From the IMG/VR virus record IMGVR_UViG_3300023179_000065, positions 20,467 through 84,466 of that record: 64,000 bases of DNA; one strand, 5' to 3'. The position numbers were made by a program, and so were the translations under genes. Numbering within the stretch: the stretch's first letter is position 1; each line of letters begins with the position of its first letter. The notes beneath the pieces are model-generated. The model saw only the letters and a program-made list of their open reading frames with translations. It made no database searches and had not been told where the DNA came from. This DNA is from a virus. Its lineage: Duplodnaviria > Caudoviricetes. Below, piece after piece: positions 1-9,180 of the stretch.

Positions 1-1199
1 CTAAATTCTCTATTATATTCTGGCGGTAGAGTCTTACCATCACCTATTAAATGTCCAACACCTACTGTCCATAGGCCTAGAGAGTCTTTGTAAGGTCTAG
101 TTCTAACCCCTTCATGCTTCTTAATCATATCTTTGACGGCTTTAAAGCCGCCACCGGTAGAGGATTTAAAGCCTATAGACGCACCAGGTGTTATGCCAGT
201 GCCACTTCCTGCTACACTTTCTAAAGATGAACTAGTAGAAGGTCTTCCAGTTTGCATTGATGGCTGTGTACCACCCATACCAGACTCTTTAGACGACACA
301 GGGGAAGCCTTCTCTACCGGAGTAGCCCCTGGTGCCTGTGTAGTAGCCCCTTCCATGGAACTAGAAGAAGAAGTGCTAGTTGAAGTCTCTTGCGACGGTT
401 TAACTTCCTGTGTCTTTTCTCCTCCAGTAACTTCTTTTTCTACTCCTTTTTCATCTACTTCTTTTTCTTCAGTAACCTTCTCATCTTCTTCCTTTTCTTC
501 CTTTTCTTCTTTATCAGATTCATCTTTTACTAGAGCTTGACCTAGCTTAACAGCACCGTAACCTACAGCGGCAGCCACTGCAAGCTTACCGCCTTTGCCC
601 ATTCTACCTACACTCTTTATAAGCTTAACGGTAGTAGTAACGGCATCTAAAACACTCTTAAGTAGTTTTGCTCCAAAAAAGGTAGCTAATCCTACACCAA
701 CTACTTTTAGAGCAGTAGATAATCCGCTAAAGCCATTATCCTTATCGCCCGTTACCTCTGTGATACCCTCAGTAAAACCTTTAAGAATAGCTTTAATTCT
801 TTTCTTAGTATCTTCTGGTAGTAATGTATATAAAGCACCTGCTAATGCAGCAGCAACTACTGGATTAGTAAATAGCGACTTAAGTATACCAAAGAAGCCA
901 GGGCCTTCTTCTTTTACTGCAACCTTCTCTTTTTTATCTACTGTAGCCGGCTTAGCTTCCATAGCAGCCTCTTCCTTATCATATGCACTTTTTGACTCAT
1001 ACGATAAAAGATTAAGGAGTGATGTATGCATGTCTTTTACAACATTGTTTAATACGGATAATGACGAATTAACTTCACTCAGGTTGTCATTTATTTTTTC
1101 AACGTCTAGCGCAGCTAGCTTGTTATCTTCGGGCTGAGTAGTACCTAAGGTACTTTTCTGAACAATTGATTTCTTTAAAAGAGCTGGAATTTCTTTCAT
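1..1199 (-). CDS. Tail/baseplate-hub-associated protein with a GH24 (T4-type) lysozyme domain; 3' end runs off the window
   Basis: Missing from the ORF track because it has no stop in the window. ATG at 1199 abuts the TAA of the upstream gene. Manual translation runs MKEIPALLKK... through hydrophobic helices and an E/K- and S/T-rich linker to KKHEGVRTRPYKDSLGLWTVGVGHLIG, which has the E-x8-D-x5-T spacing of T4 lysozyme (Glu 113-111, Asp 86-84, Thr 68-66). Confidence 0.85.
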   Translation of the reverse strand, partial: MKEIPALLKKSIVQKSTLGTTQPEDNKLAALDVEKINDNLSEVNSSLSVLNNVVKDMHTSLLNLLSYESKSAYDKEEAAMEAKPATVDKKEKVAVKEEGPGFFGILKSLFTNPVVAAALAGALYTLLPEDTKKRIKAILKGFTEGITEVTGDKDNGFSGLSTALKVVGVGLATFFGAKLLKSVLDAVTTTVKLIKSVGRMGKGGKLAVAAAVGYGAVKLGQALVKDESDKEEKEEKEEDEKVTEEKEVDEKGVEKEVTGGEKTQEVKPSQETSTSTSSSSSMEGATTQAPGATPVEKASPVSSKESGMGGTQPSMQTGRPSTSSSLESVAGSGTGITPGASIGFKSSTGGGFKAVKDMIKKHEGVRTRPYKDSLGLWTVGVGHLIGDGKTLPPEYNREF

Positions 1200-3026
1200 T
1201 TAAAATCCTACGCTATCTGAAAAAACAGAAGGTGTTGAAAAGTTTTTAGGAGTTTCAGCAGGCATCATAGTTTTGTTAGTAGTATTATTCACAATAATAG
1301 GCGGTGACTGTCTATTATTTTGTTTTTTAGCAATAACGACCTGCTCTGAATTAATTTGAGTTTGCTGACCGGTGCGCGCCACTGGCTCCATTACAGCTGG
1401 AGCAGTACTAGAAGGCTCTGCTGTTTGTTCTGAAGTCTTGTTAGTAGCGCTTGTAGTAGGTGCAGAGGCTTGAGTACCGGCAGTAGCGGTTTGCTGCGAA
1501 GTACTAGCTTCAGGTTGCTCTGATACTGCTTTTTTACTAGCAGGAGGTTGAGAAGCAGATACTGGTGGTTTGCTTACCTCTTCTGTAGTAGAAGTTTGCT
1601 GCGAAGTACTAGCTTTTAGTTGTTCTGATGTATTTTTAATTGAGTTTATAGAGGGCGCAGAAGCTTGAGTGCTAGCAGCAGAAGTTTGTTGTTGTGTGTT
1701 TGTTTCAGGTTGCTCTGATACTGCTTTTTTACTAGCAGAAGGTTGAGAAGCAGATACTGGTGGTTTGCTTACCCCTTCTGCAGCATTGTCTTCCTTTTCT
1801 TCTTTAGGCTTACCTATAATGTCTTTTGCTTTATTAGCTAGCCAAGATGATATAATTTTCTTTTCTAAAAGAAAATCAATACCTTTAATAAGAACTCTTT
1901 TTACAGTGTTAAGATCGAAGAACCCTAATGTAACAGACTTAATAAAATTATCTGCAAAGAGCTTTCCTACTCTTTCTACACCACTCTCACCTTTCTCAGG
2001 ATCTGTAGTAAAGTAGTCGACTAAAGTATTGATGCCAGCATCTACTGCCGCACCTAAAAGATAACCTATACCGGTAACTGCGAGGCCAGTCTTAATTGCT
2101 CTTACTACTTTAAGTACACTCTTAAGACCACCAAACACCATCTGCTTAAACTTCATAGCTAGTGTCTTAAAATTAGTAAGCTCTTTAACCTTATTAAAAG
2201 TTTTAGTACTGTATTCTTTTAATAAATTAACTTTATTTTTAATTACATTAATATTCTTTTTTAAGACTCTGGTAAGCTCTATCTTTTTGTTATACTTTAT
2301 ATTCTTCTTTTCTAATCTTCTCTTAAGCTTATCATTTCTATTTTTTAATTTTTCTTTTTGCTTCTTTAAGTTTTCTTTCTCACCATCTATTTCTGGAACA
2401 GCAGATTTTTTAAGATCTGTTTCTGGAGTAACTGGTTTATTTTGATTGGCTTGAGATAGAATGCCAGTTACCTCAGCCAATCTCTTTATACTCATAAAAG
2501 CATCATAAACACCCTTAAGTATCTTAAATCCAAAATATACTTTTAAGATATCAAATAAGTGTTTAGTAATAAACTTAAGAGTCTTTAATACAGGCTCAGG
2601 CAATCCTAAATTTTCTATAATACCATCAAAAAACCCAGTTACTATTGCTCTAATTTTATCATTAAAAAGCAGTGCAAATAGGGCTGTAAATTTAAGTATA
2701 TCAAATCCTGCTTTCTTTAACTCAGGTTTAGAGAGGTTAGAAGCTTGAGGACCATTTACTTTTACAGCTGTTGCTTTTGTTGCCTGCTCACTCTTTTTAG
2801 AAAGCAAAAACTTATCTAAATCAGCTACTACTAACTGAGAACTGTCAACTAGCTCAGAGCTAACTGTCTTAGTCTTTTCAGAGGTATCAGTTAGTTTAGT
2901 AAGAGACGCTATAAATTTCTCTAAAGGAAATTTTCTAGTAAATCGACCAGTCTTAGTGCTTCTGAACGATGCAGAATTAAGATCTAGCTTCTCGTCTAGA
3001 TTTGGCTTAAACGGTAAAGATGACAT
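1200..3026 (-). CDS. Putative tape-measure / baseplate hub (gp29-like) protein
   Basis: 608 aa, helical and Lys-rich, with hydrophobic segments, a low-complexity S/T/Q/P tail and PIIVNNTTN near the C-terminus. Lies directly downstream of gp26/gp51, where tape-measure genes usually sit. Confidence 0.55.
   Translation of the reverse strand: MSSLPFKPNLDEKLDLNSASFRSTKTGRFTRKFPLEKFIASLTKLTDTSEKTKTVSSELVDSSQLVVADLDKFLLSKKSEQATKATAVKVNGPQASNLSKPELKKAGFDILKFTALFALLFNDKIRAIVTGFFDGIIENLGLPEPVLKTLKFITKHLFDILKVYFGFKILKGVYDAFMSIKRLAEVTGILSQANQNKPVTPETDLKKSAVPEIDGEKENLKKQKEKLKNRNDKLKRRLEKKNIKYNKKIELTRVLKKNINVIKNKVNLLKEYSTKTFNKVKELTNFKTLAMKFKQMVFGGLKSVLKVVRAIKTGLAVTGIGYLLGAAVDAGINTLVDYFTTDPEKGESGVERVGKLFADNFIKSVTLGFFDLNTVKRVLIKGIDFLLEKKIISSWLANKAKDIIGKPKEEKEDNAAEGVSKPPVSASQPSASKKAVSEQPETNTQQQTSAASTQASAPSINSIKNTSEQLKASTSQQTSTTEEVSKPPVSASQPPASKKAVSEQPEASTSQQTATAGTQASAPTTSATNKTSEQTAEPSSTAPAVMEPVARTGQQTQINSEQVVIAKKQNNRQSPPIIVNNTTNKTMMPAETPKNFSTPSVFSDSVGF
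1509..1773. repeat. Intragenic direct repeat (~70 bp, period 195 nt)
   Basis: 1509-1578 vs 1704-1773 differ at about one base and encode VSKPPVSASQP(S/P)ASKKAVSEQPE twice. Confidence 0.9.
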
Positions 3027-3203
3027 TTAAGTGTTTAATCTTTTCTTTTCTTTTTCTAAGTAATCTAATAACATATCTACATAAAGATCTCTCTCAAATG
3101 GTATCATTTCTTCTATTTCTGCTATCGACCATTTATGGTGCTGAGTCAAACTAAAATTAAGTACGTAATAATTAGTGATGCTACTATGACTCAGCCCAAC
3201 GTA
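3027..3203 (-). CDS. gp51: gp51-like baseplate hub assembly catalyst; start-less ORF probably reached by -1 frameshift from gp26
   Basis: Manual translation YVGLSHSSITNYYVLNFSLTQHHKWSIAEIEEMIPFERDLYVDMLLDYLEKEKKRLNT* matches the short gp51 pattern NYY..NF.L.QHHK.S..EIE.M.P.ER..Y..L. Its TAA (3029-3027) abuts the ATG of the next gene. Confidence 0.8.
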   Translation of the reverse strand, partial: YVGLSHSSITNYYVLNFSLTQHHKWSIAEIEEMIPFERDLYVDMLLDYLEKEKKRLNT

Positions 3204-3209
3204 AAAAAA
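3140..3209 (-). promoter_or_regulatory. Putative -1 programmed ribosomal frameshift signal
   Basis: Heptamer T TTT TTT (3209-3203) in gp26 codons GAT TTT TTT, a 7-nt spacer, then a perfect 9-bp stem GCTGAGTCA (3195-3187) / TGACTCAGC (3148-3140). Confidence 0.7.
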
Positions 3210-3901
3210 TCATTTAATGAAGTAAGAGGTATTACCTTTTCCTTGCCTAAGCTATTCGTATATTTCACCTCATAGTAAAGCTTCGGCATAGTAGTAAGGA
3301 ACTCTTGAATCTTCTCAAATGTCTTTAGATCTAGATCAGATACAAACTCTAATACTTCATCGAAGCTATAATCAGAGGTTTTATAGACACCGTTTTCGTC
3401 GTAGATGCTTTCTACACAGTTTGCTATTACATTAAATACAGCTTCTGATTGTTCAGCATCGTCCATAGACAAAAGGGAAGTATCGACTGTAGGATATCTT
3501 AATATCATACCAGTGGTGCTATTAATTTCTACTTTGTTAGTATGGCCTTCGGTAGTCTTAATTTCTACTTCATCAAGATCTACTTGCACCTTGTACTTCT
3601 TATTGTCTTCTAAATCGCGATATGTTAATTCAATAACAGTACCTATTGACTTGCCTCTCAACTTTAAAAAGAAATATTCTAAATCAAAAGAGGCAAAATT
3701 ATCAATATCCACATTTTCTGTGACAATACAGTTATTAATAACTTGCTTAATAGAATTAACAATTTCAGCTGTATCTTTACCAGACTGAGCCATAAGAAGA
3801 AGCTTTTCTTCTTTTACTAAGAAAGGGCGGTATTTAATTACTTTGCTATTTGATGGTAAAGTCAATTCATAAATTGGTACTGATAACTTAGGTAAAGCCA
3901 T
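3191..3901 (-). CDS. gp26: Baseplate hub assembly protein gp26
   Basis: MALPKLSVPIYELTLPS...KYRPFLVKEEKLLLMA, FDLEYFFLKLRGKSIG and a C-terminal LNDFF, all typical of T4-like gp26. Confidence 0.9.
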   Translation of the reverse strand: MALPKLSVPIYELTLPSNSKVIKYRPFLVKEEKLLLMAQSGKDTAEIVNSIKQVINNCIVTENVDIDNFASFDLEYFFLKLRGKSIGTVIELTYRDLEDNKKYKVQVDLDEVEIKTTEGHTNKVEINSTTGMILRYPTVDTSLLSMDDAEQSEAVFNVIANCVESIYDENGVYKTSDYSFDEVLEFVSDLDLKTFEKIQEFLTTMPKLYYEVKYTNSLGKEKVIPLTSLNDFFTLG

Positions 3902-3910
3902 AATAATCTC

Positions 3911-4834
3911 CTAGAATAAACCTCTAAGACCGCCTGTAGCTATCTTAGCATTGTTCACAACGTTAATAATATCTGCAACCCCGGTAGGCTTTCTTAATGA
4001 AGCAAGCGTCTGAACCGCGGTGCCAACCTGTATAAGTTTTTGTAAATTGGAAATACTTGCACCTTGATTTTGCAAAGCTGAATTAATATTAATTCTATCT
4101 AGAGTCCAGTTAAAGAAGGTAAATGTAACTGGTATTCTCATAAAGCTATCATTTTCAGCCCAGCTAAGTTGGATATCCCCTAAAAAGATAGGATATGCAT
4201 CATGTAATCTACAAATGATAATTTCTTGGTCTACATCATTAATACAAGTTATAAAGACATCTACTGCATAGTCTTCCTTGTATTCTACTTCATATGCACC
4301 TAAACCATTATATCCGGACACTGTAGTATTGTTAGGTAAGGTATCATACTTTATAATACCGTTTAACCAGGTATAAAAATGGTTATATACTTTGCCAGTA
4401 TTATCTCCTATAAAGGAAAACGACTGGTCAGTAAATATAGGAGCATATGGCTTCTTTTCTGTAGGCCCTACTCCATATCTTCTTATTTCAGATGTAGCAA
4501 GAGACACTCCAGGAAGTGAAGTTGACTCGCACAACAAAGCTACAGTAGAATCAGTAATGATAGGAGAGTTGCCTGATGACGCACCTCTCATCATCTTAGG
4601 TACAGGTATACTAACATAGAATAGATTAGTTCTTGCTACTCCACCTAATCTATTAATAAGTGACCTAAAAGTTTCTACATTTCTAAGACTGTTATTATTT
4701 TGTGGTCTTCCATTTACAAAAGTATTTAAAGACTGTCTTAGAGATGGAGGTAGAAAATCTTGCAAAGCATTAGCTGTGCCTATTACATCTCTACCTTTTG
4801 AAATAGATTTACCGATTAAATCTGAAATAGCCAT
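3911..4834 (-). CDS. Tail-tube-fold protein (gp54/gp19-like baseplate-tube initiator)
   Basis: GGVARTNLFYV, LLCESTSLPG, FYTW, AYPIFLGDIQLSW and IPVTFTF motifs of the tail-tube family. Confidence 0.75.
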   Translation of the reverse strand: MAISDLIGKSISKGRDVIGTANALQDFLPPSLRQSLNTFVNGRPQNNNSLRNVETFRSLINRLGGVARTNLFYVSIPVPKMMRGASSGNSPIITDSTVALLCESTSLPGVSLATSEIRRYGVGPTEKKPYAPIFTDQSFSFIGDNTGKVYNHFYTWLNGIIKYDTLPNNTTVSGYNGLGAYEVEYKEDYAVDVFITCINDVDQEIIICRLHDAYPIFLGDIQLSWAENDSFMRIPVTFTFFNWTLDRININSALQNQGASISNLQKLIQVGTAVQTLASLRKPTGVADIINVVNNAKIATGGLRGLF

Positions 4835-5433
4835 TACCTGTTTTCTCTTATTGTTTGTTTGCTATCTTTGTATACTGTGTTTACCGATGCACCAACAAAC
4901 TTCTGTAAAGGTAAGAAAACTGCAATATCCCACTCGGCTGGTTCAATATATACAAATCTGGTCTTAACTTGTTTATTTAGATAGTGCTTTATACAAGGTT
5001 TGAAGTATCTAAACTTTGAAGCACTAGATAGAATTTTGTAAGACATTCTGATTCTAGTGCTTTCATCCATTTTATCATTATTAACTAGTGGATACAAGTT
5101 ATCTAATAGAACAGCTCTATATTGCAGAGGGAGATAATGGAAGTTAAGACCCAGAAAACCATCCGGGGTCTTTTCAAAAGGAAAGACTAGAGGATATATG
5201 TCATAGTATGGTAATGTATCTTTAGTTTTAGGATCATAGCCAAAAAGATAACATCTACCTGGTAAAACTTTAGTTCGATATCGATCTCTAGAGGAATTAA
5301 TTACTCTTTGAGTATTTTGACTTCTTGTTCTAGACGCTGCATCTCTTAGCCAATTTCTAGCTGTTTCAGCCTTTTCGTCTAATTTGCCTCTAGTAGCAGC
5401 ATCTTGCAGTATTTTATTAAAAACGCTTGTCAT
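4834..5433 (-). CDS. gp2: DNA end protector protein gp2
   Basis: PGRCYLFGYDPKTKDTLPYYDIYPLV...GFLGLNFHYLP...PCIKHYL...EWDIAVFLP. Confidence 0.92.
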   Translation of the reverse strand: MTSVFNKILQDAATRGKLDEKAETARNWLRDAASRTRSQNTQRVINSSRDRYRTKVLPGRCYLFGYDPKTKDTLPYYDIYPLVFPFEKTPDGFLGLNFHYLPLQYRAVLLDNLYPLVNNDKMDESTRIRMSYKILSSASKFRYFKPCIKHYLNKQVKTRFVYIEPAEWDIAVFLPLQKFVGASVNTVYKDSKQTIRENR

Positions 5434-5867
5434 TTTATTCCTAGTTCGTCCTCTGTAAGAACTTTAAACTGCCATTTTCTATCTTCACAGTATTCCATTG
5501 CTGCTTTCCATTTTGCACTATTAATGCCGTATGTAACTACTTCTCTTACATACCTTCTGGTAGGCTTTGCTTGTACTTTGGGCTCTATAGATTGCTTTTT
5601 AGGTTTTATTTCTACTACCACTGTTTCCGTAACGCCTTGCTTATTCAATTGCTTTACTAAAAAATCAGGATAGTATTTGTGAATTTTACCATCAATAGGG
5701 GAACGATAGGGGATACTAAACTCTTCACTTGCCCACTGAAGCACGTTCTTGTGCTCATCTAAATATCTCATAAACTTAAGCTCCCATAGGCTTCTATAAA
5801 TAATATTAGAAGGGTCGCCTAAGTACTTATTAGGATTCTTTGGTTTAAAATAACCTTTATAGCTCAT
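5430..5867 (-). CDS. gp4: Head completion nuclease gp4
   Basis: YKGYFKPKNPNKYLGDPSNIIYRSLWE...WASEEFSIPY...YYPDF...VEIKP...NSAKWKAA (TnsA-like PD-(D/E)xK fold). Confidence 0.95.
   Translation of the reverse strand: MSYKGYFKPKNPNKYLGDPSNIIYRSLWELKFMRYLDEHKNVLQWASEEFSIPYRSPIDGKIHKYYPDFLVKQLNKQGVTETVVVEIKPKKQSIEPKVQAKPTRRYVREVVTYGINSAKWKAAMEYCEDRKWQFKVLTEDELGIK
5795..5802 (+). promoter_or_regulatory. T4-type late promoter TATAAATA, antisense within gp4, 72 nt upstream of gp48
   Basis: Exact gp55 late-promoter consensus. The divergent gap is only 6 bp, so the baseplate operon needs a promoter inside the opposite gene. Confidence 0.6.
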
Positions 5868-5868
5868 C

Positions 5869-5876
5869 TATTTATG
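5869..5876 (-). promoter_or_regulatory. Late-promoter-like CATAAATA directly before the gp4 ATG
   Basis: Minus strand reads CATAAATA-G-ATG, one mismatch to consensus and unusually close to the start codon. Confidence 0.35.
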
Positions 5877-7058
5877 GCCTTCGACTACAATAATTTTTCT
5901 AATAAAACATCCATTGCCAGTCAATCTTCCGTTTCTTATAACGGAGATGGCGGCAAGACGACATACTTTGGCCCTTCTAGTACCGGAGCTTCAACCGGGC
6001 TTTCTAATGTATTTAATAATTTAGCTTCAAAGTTAGGGCTGTCTGGATTCTCCTCTTCAGGGTCTGTAAGTGGTGCTTTTAGTAGCTACGGCTCTGGTAT
6101 AGTACCTCAACTTAAAGATAATCTAGGTGTGGCTTCTCCTATTAATTCCGACACACCAGAAAATTCTCCTAGCAAAACTAAATCGCCAGGAAGTCTACAA
6201 TATCCTAAAGATGTAGGTAAATACTTTATTACCTTTACCTTTAAAGATCGCTTCCAATCATCACCTATTGCACCTAGAAGATTAGTGCCTAGTGTAACTA
6301 TAACATTACCTATACCTGCTAATCTTCAAGAATCATTTAACATGTCGTACTCAGACAAGCAGCTAGGCATGCTAGGGGTACTAGAAGAAGCCGGTTTAAT
6401 GAATCAAGAGACTCTTAATAAGCTGTTTAACGGTTCAGCAGATCAAGCAGGCGCGGCAGCAAAGGATATTGGTAAAAAAGTGGCCGGTATAGCTACTGCA
6501 AGTGGTGGTGCAACTGCAGGATTATATGCAGTAAGACAAGCTGCTAGTACCCTAGGTTTAGAATCTGCAGGTGCTGCAATAGATAGAGTTACAGGAACGG
6601 TATTAAACCCATATCAAGAATTGCAGTTCGAAGGTGTATCTTTAAGAGAACATTCGTTTAGTTATACTTTCTCTCCTAATTCAAGAGCAGAAGCTGATTC
6701 ACTTAAGAAAATTATTCGTACATTTAAAGAGAGAATGCATCCAGAATTGAACGGTCTTCTTTTACAATTTCCAGACCAATGCAGTATAAAGCTATCATCT
6801 CCCTTTATCGATGAAGACTATTATTTTGTGCAGGACTGCTATTTAAAAGGCATGACAGTAAATTATGCGCCATCTGGTACTCCAGCATTTACTAAAAACG
6901 GTGAGCATCCAGCAGAAATATCAATTTCATTACAGTTTGGCGAAATCAAGCCATTGTCAAGAAATACCTTTACGAAACTAGGTAATAGAGGCGCACAAGG
7001 TATTATTAAAGCAGGTAATGATTTTATTAACAATGTCAATAAGCCGTCTAATAACTAA
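5874..7058 (+). CDS. gp48: Baseplate tail-tube cap gp48
   Basis: LQYP, ITLPIPANLQE, NPYQELQFEGVSLREHSFSYTFSPNS..EA and CYLKGMTVNYAP; carries an S/G-rich N-terminal extension of ~100 aa. Confidence 0.88.
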   Translation: MAFDYNNFSNKTSIASQSSVSYNGDGGKTTYFGPSSTGASTGLSNVFNNLASKLGLSGFSSSGSVSGAFSSYGSGIVPQLKDNLGVASPINSDTPENSPSKTKSPGSLQYPKDVGKYFITFTFKDRFQSSPIAPRRLVPSVTITLPIPANLQESFNMSYSDKQLGMLGVLEEAGLMNQETLNKLFNGSADQAGAAAKDIGKKVAGIATASGGATAGLYAVRQAASTLGLESAGAAIDRVTGTVLNPYQELQFEGVSLREHSFSYTFSPNSRAEADSLKKIIRTFKERMHPELNGLLLQFPDQCSIKLSSPFIDEDYYFVQDCYLKGMTVNYAPSGTPAFTKNGEHPAEISISLQFGEIKPLSRNTFTKLGNRGAQGIIKAGNDFINNVNKPSNN

Positions 7059-7930
7059 TGAATAATCTTTTTGAAAAATTTCCAGTTATTAATTATGCCA
7101 ACAACATAGGCATTAATCTTTTAACAAAGTTAAAATTTTCTGAGTCTTCTTTTAATAATTCGTCTTTATTTTATCCGTATACTATTAAAGAAGGTGAGAA
7201 GCCCGATCATGTAGCATTAAACTACTATGGTGATGCCAGATATGTCTGGGTTGTTTATATGTGTAATAAGACTGTAGATCCATATTATGAATGGCCTCTA
7301 GATTCTTCTACCTTCGAACAATACATTGTTAAAAAATATGGCAGCGTTGCCAACGCAATTAATAAAACAGCATTTTATAGAGTATCATATCAAGATGACG
7401 ATAGAATGCTAGCGACATCACAATTCGAAGACGAAGGTTTGTATCCCTCTGCAGTTAAGAAGTACTGGAGACCTGAAGTAAACGAACAAGGCACAACTAT
7501 GTTCTATGTTCGTAAAGAATTAAATTGGGCGGTAGAAACTAACAAAGTAATATCGATGGACACCGACAATACTATTAGTTTCAGTGTGGGCGAGATTATT
7601 AAACAATCAAACACACAAGGCATTTCAGCTACAGGTAGTATTAAAAATATTGTAAGCAACACAGTCTTTATAAACCATATAGAAGGTCAATTTTTTAACA
7701 CTAATAATACTATTAGTGTTATTACCGGTCAAGAGTCCGGTGCTACGGCAAATGTGCAAAGTATAACTTACGTTGCTAATACTATCAGCAACCTAGAAGC
7801 AGTATACTGGGAGCCAGTTAGCTTCTATACCTATGAAGATGAGTTAAATTCTAGTAGAAAATTTATTAAGCTTATTGATAAAGCTTATATCGACAATATC
7901 GAAAAAGAAATATCTGATCTAGTATCATGA
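7058..7930 (+). CDS. gp53: Baseplate wedge protein gp53
   Basis: FEKFPVINY, YTIKEGEKPDHVALNYYGD..YVWVV..N...DPYYEWPL and YEDELN..RKFIKLI. Confidence 0.9.
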   Translation: MNNLFEKFPVINYANNIGINLLTKLKFSESSFNNSSLFYPYTIKEGEKPDHVALNYYGDARYVWVVYMCNKTVDPYYEWPLDSSTFEQYIVKKYGSVANAINKTAFYRVSYQDDDRMLATSQFEDEGLYPSAVKKYWRPEVNEQGTTMFYVRKELNWAVETNKVISMDTDNTISFSVGEIIKQSNTQGISATGSIKNIVSNTVFINHIEGQFFNTNNTISVITGQESGATANVQSITYVANTISNLEAVYWEPVSFYTYEDELNSSRKFIKLIDKAYIDNIEKEISDLVS

Positions 7931-9180
7931 CTCTTTCATTTAAAGAAAATGGTGATGTAAAGATCTATGATATTAAAATCACCAATAGCAATGGATCAGA
8001 TACTAAGGATATAAGAGGCCAAGTAAAGCAAGTATCTATATACGAAGACTTGGAAGAGCCTACTTTATTTTGTGACATTTTAATTGACGATCAAATTGAC
8101 CTAGTTACTAAGCTTCCTATTTTAGGGGAAGAGACTGTTAGTATATCTTTTAAGTCACCATTCAGAGATGATATAATAACTTATAAACTAAGAGTTTTTA
8201 ACATAAGCAGCGAAGCGGTAATAGAAAGCAATCTAGGTAAAGTTTATAAGCTTCAATGTGTGTCGTCTGATCACTTCAATGGCACTACAAAAAACGTTCA
8301 ACGATATTATGAAGATACTATTGACAATATAGTCAAAGATATTCTTACAAATATTATAAAGACAGATAAAAAGCTTTTTATTGAGCAGACCAAAGGTATT
8401 ATTAAATGGACTATGCCCAGATGCAAAGCTTTCGAAGCTATAGATTTGTTAAGGCAAAGAGCAATCTCCGCTAGTGCTAAAACCGGTGGTGTATTTGTGT
8501 TCTATGAAGATCAGTTAGGTTATCATTTTGTATCGTTGGAGACCCTTTTAGAAAAGGGCAAATCTACTATAGGAAGCAGAGTATTTACTTATTCTCCTGC
8601 TACCAAGGAAGACCCTCAAAGAGAAGCACACAACTTTAGAAACTTAATAAACTTTGAGCATCTTAAAAAGACGGATACCGCAGGTAAGTTATCTGGCGGG
8701 GTGTTTAACAATATTACTAAGTCGTATGATATACTGACTAAAGGTTTTGAGGAAGTTAAATTCAAGCTTACAGAACAAGCTGGTAAGATAGAAACTGGTC
8801 AAAATAAAAAAACTACACTACCAAACAGCGCAAGTTTTATAAACGATCAGTCATCCAATGATGCATATAAGTTCTTTGCTCCTAAAGACTCCAGTAAAAA
8901 TCCAGACTTTATTGCTGACTATCTAAGCTATAAACAGGCGTACGCAACGCTATTTAATCAGAATATTGTAAGAGGTTACGTGCACGGGGATAGTAATTTA
9001 AAAGCAGGGGATTTAATAGAATTAAAACTTCCCGATACCTCTGGTATAAAAACATCAGATAAAAAAGATAGTAACTATTCAGGCAACTATATTCTTACTA
9101 AATTAAGACATTTTATCTACCTGGATGATGGTAGATTTAAACATAGAGTTTCTTTTGATTGCAATAAGGTGGGTTGGTAA
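7927..9180 (+). CDS. Baseplate hub protein (gp27/late-control-D-like)
   Basis: IYEDL, LPILGEE, FVFYED..GYHFVSLE, GDSNLKAGDLIEL and YSGNYILTKLRH; lies immediately before gp5. Confidence 0.7.
   Translation: MTLSFKENGDVKIYDIKITNSNGSDTKDIRGQVKQVSIYEDLEEPTLFCDILIDDQIDLVTKLPILGEETVSISFKSPFRDDIITYKLRVFNISSEAVIESNLGKVYKLQCVSSDHFNGTTKNVQRYYEDTIDNIVKDILTNIIKTDKKLFIEQTKGIIKWTMPRCKAFEAIDLLRQRAISASAKTGGVFVFYEDQLGYHFVSLETLLEKGKSTIGSRVFTYSPATKEDPQREAHNFRNLINFEHLKKTDTAGKLSGGVFNNITKSYDILTKGFEEVKFKLTEQAGKIETGQNKKTTLPNSASFINDQSSNDAYKFFAPKDSSKNPDFIADYLSYKQAYATLFNQNIVRGYVHGDSNLKAGDLIELKLPDTSGIKTSDKKDSNYSGNYILTKLRHFIYLDDGRFKHRVSFDCNKVGW

Noticed and set aside
133-1137. Plus-strand ORFs 133-540 and 595-1137
   Set aside because: Antisense shadows of the minus-strand gene 1-1199, which carries a lysozyme motif and is coupled to its upstream gene.
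5430-5867. TnsA-like transposase / mobile element
   Set aside because: Sequence and context (next to gp2, opposite the baseplate operon) identify it as head-completion gp4.
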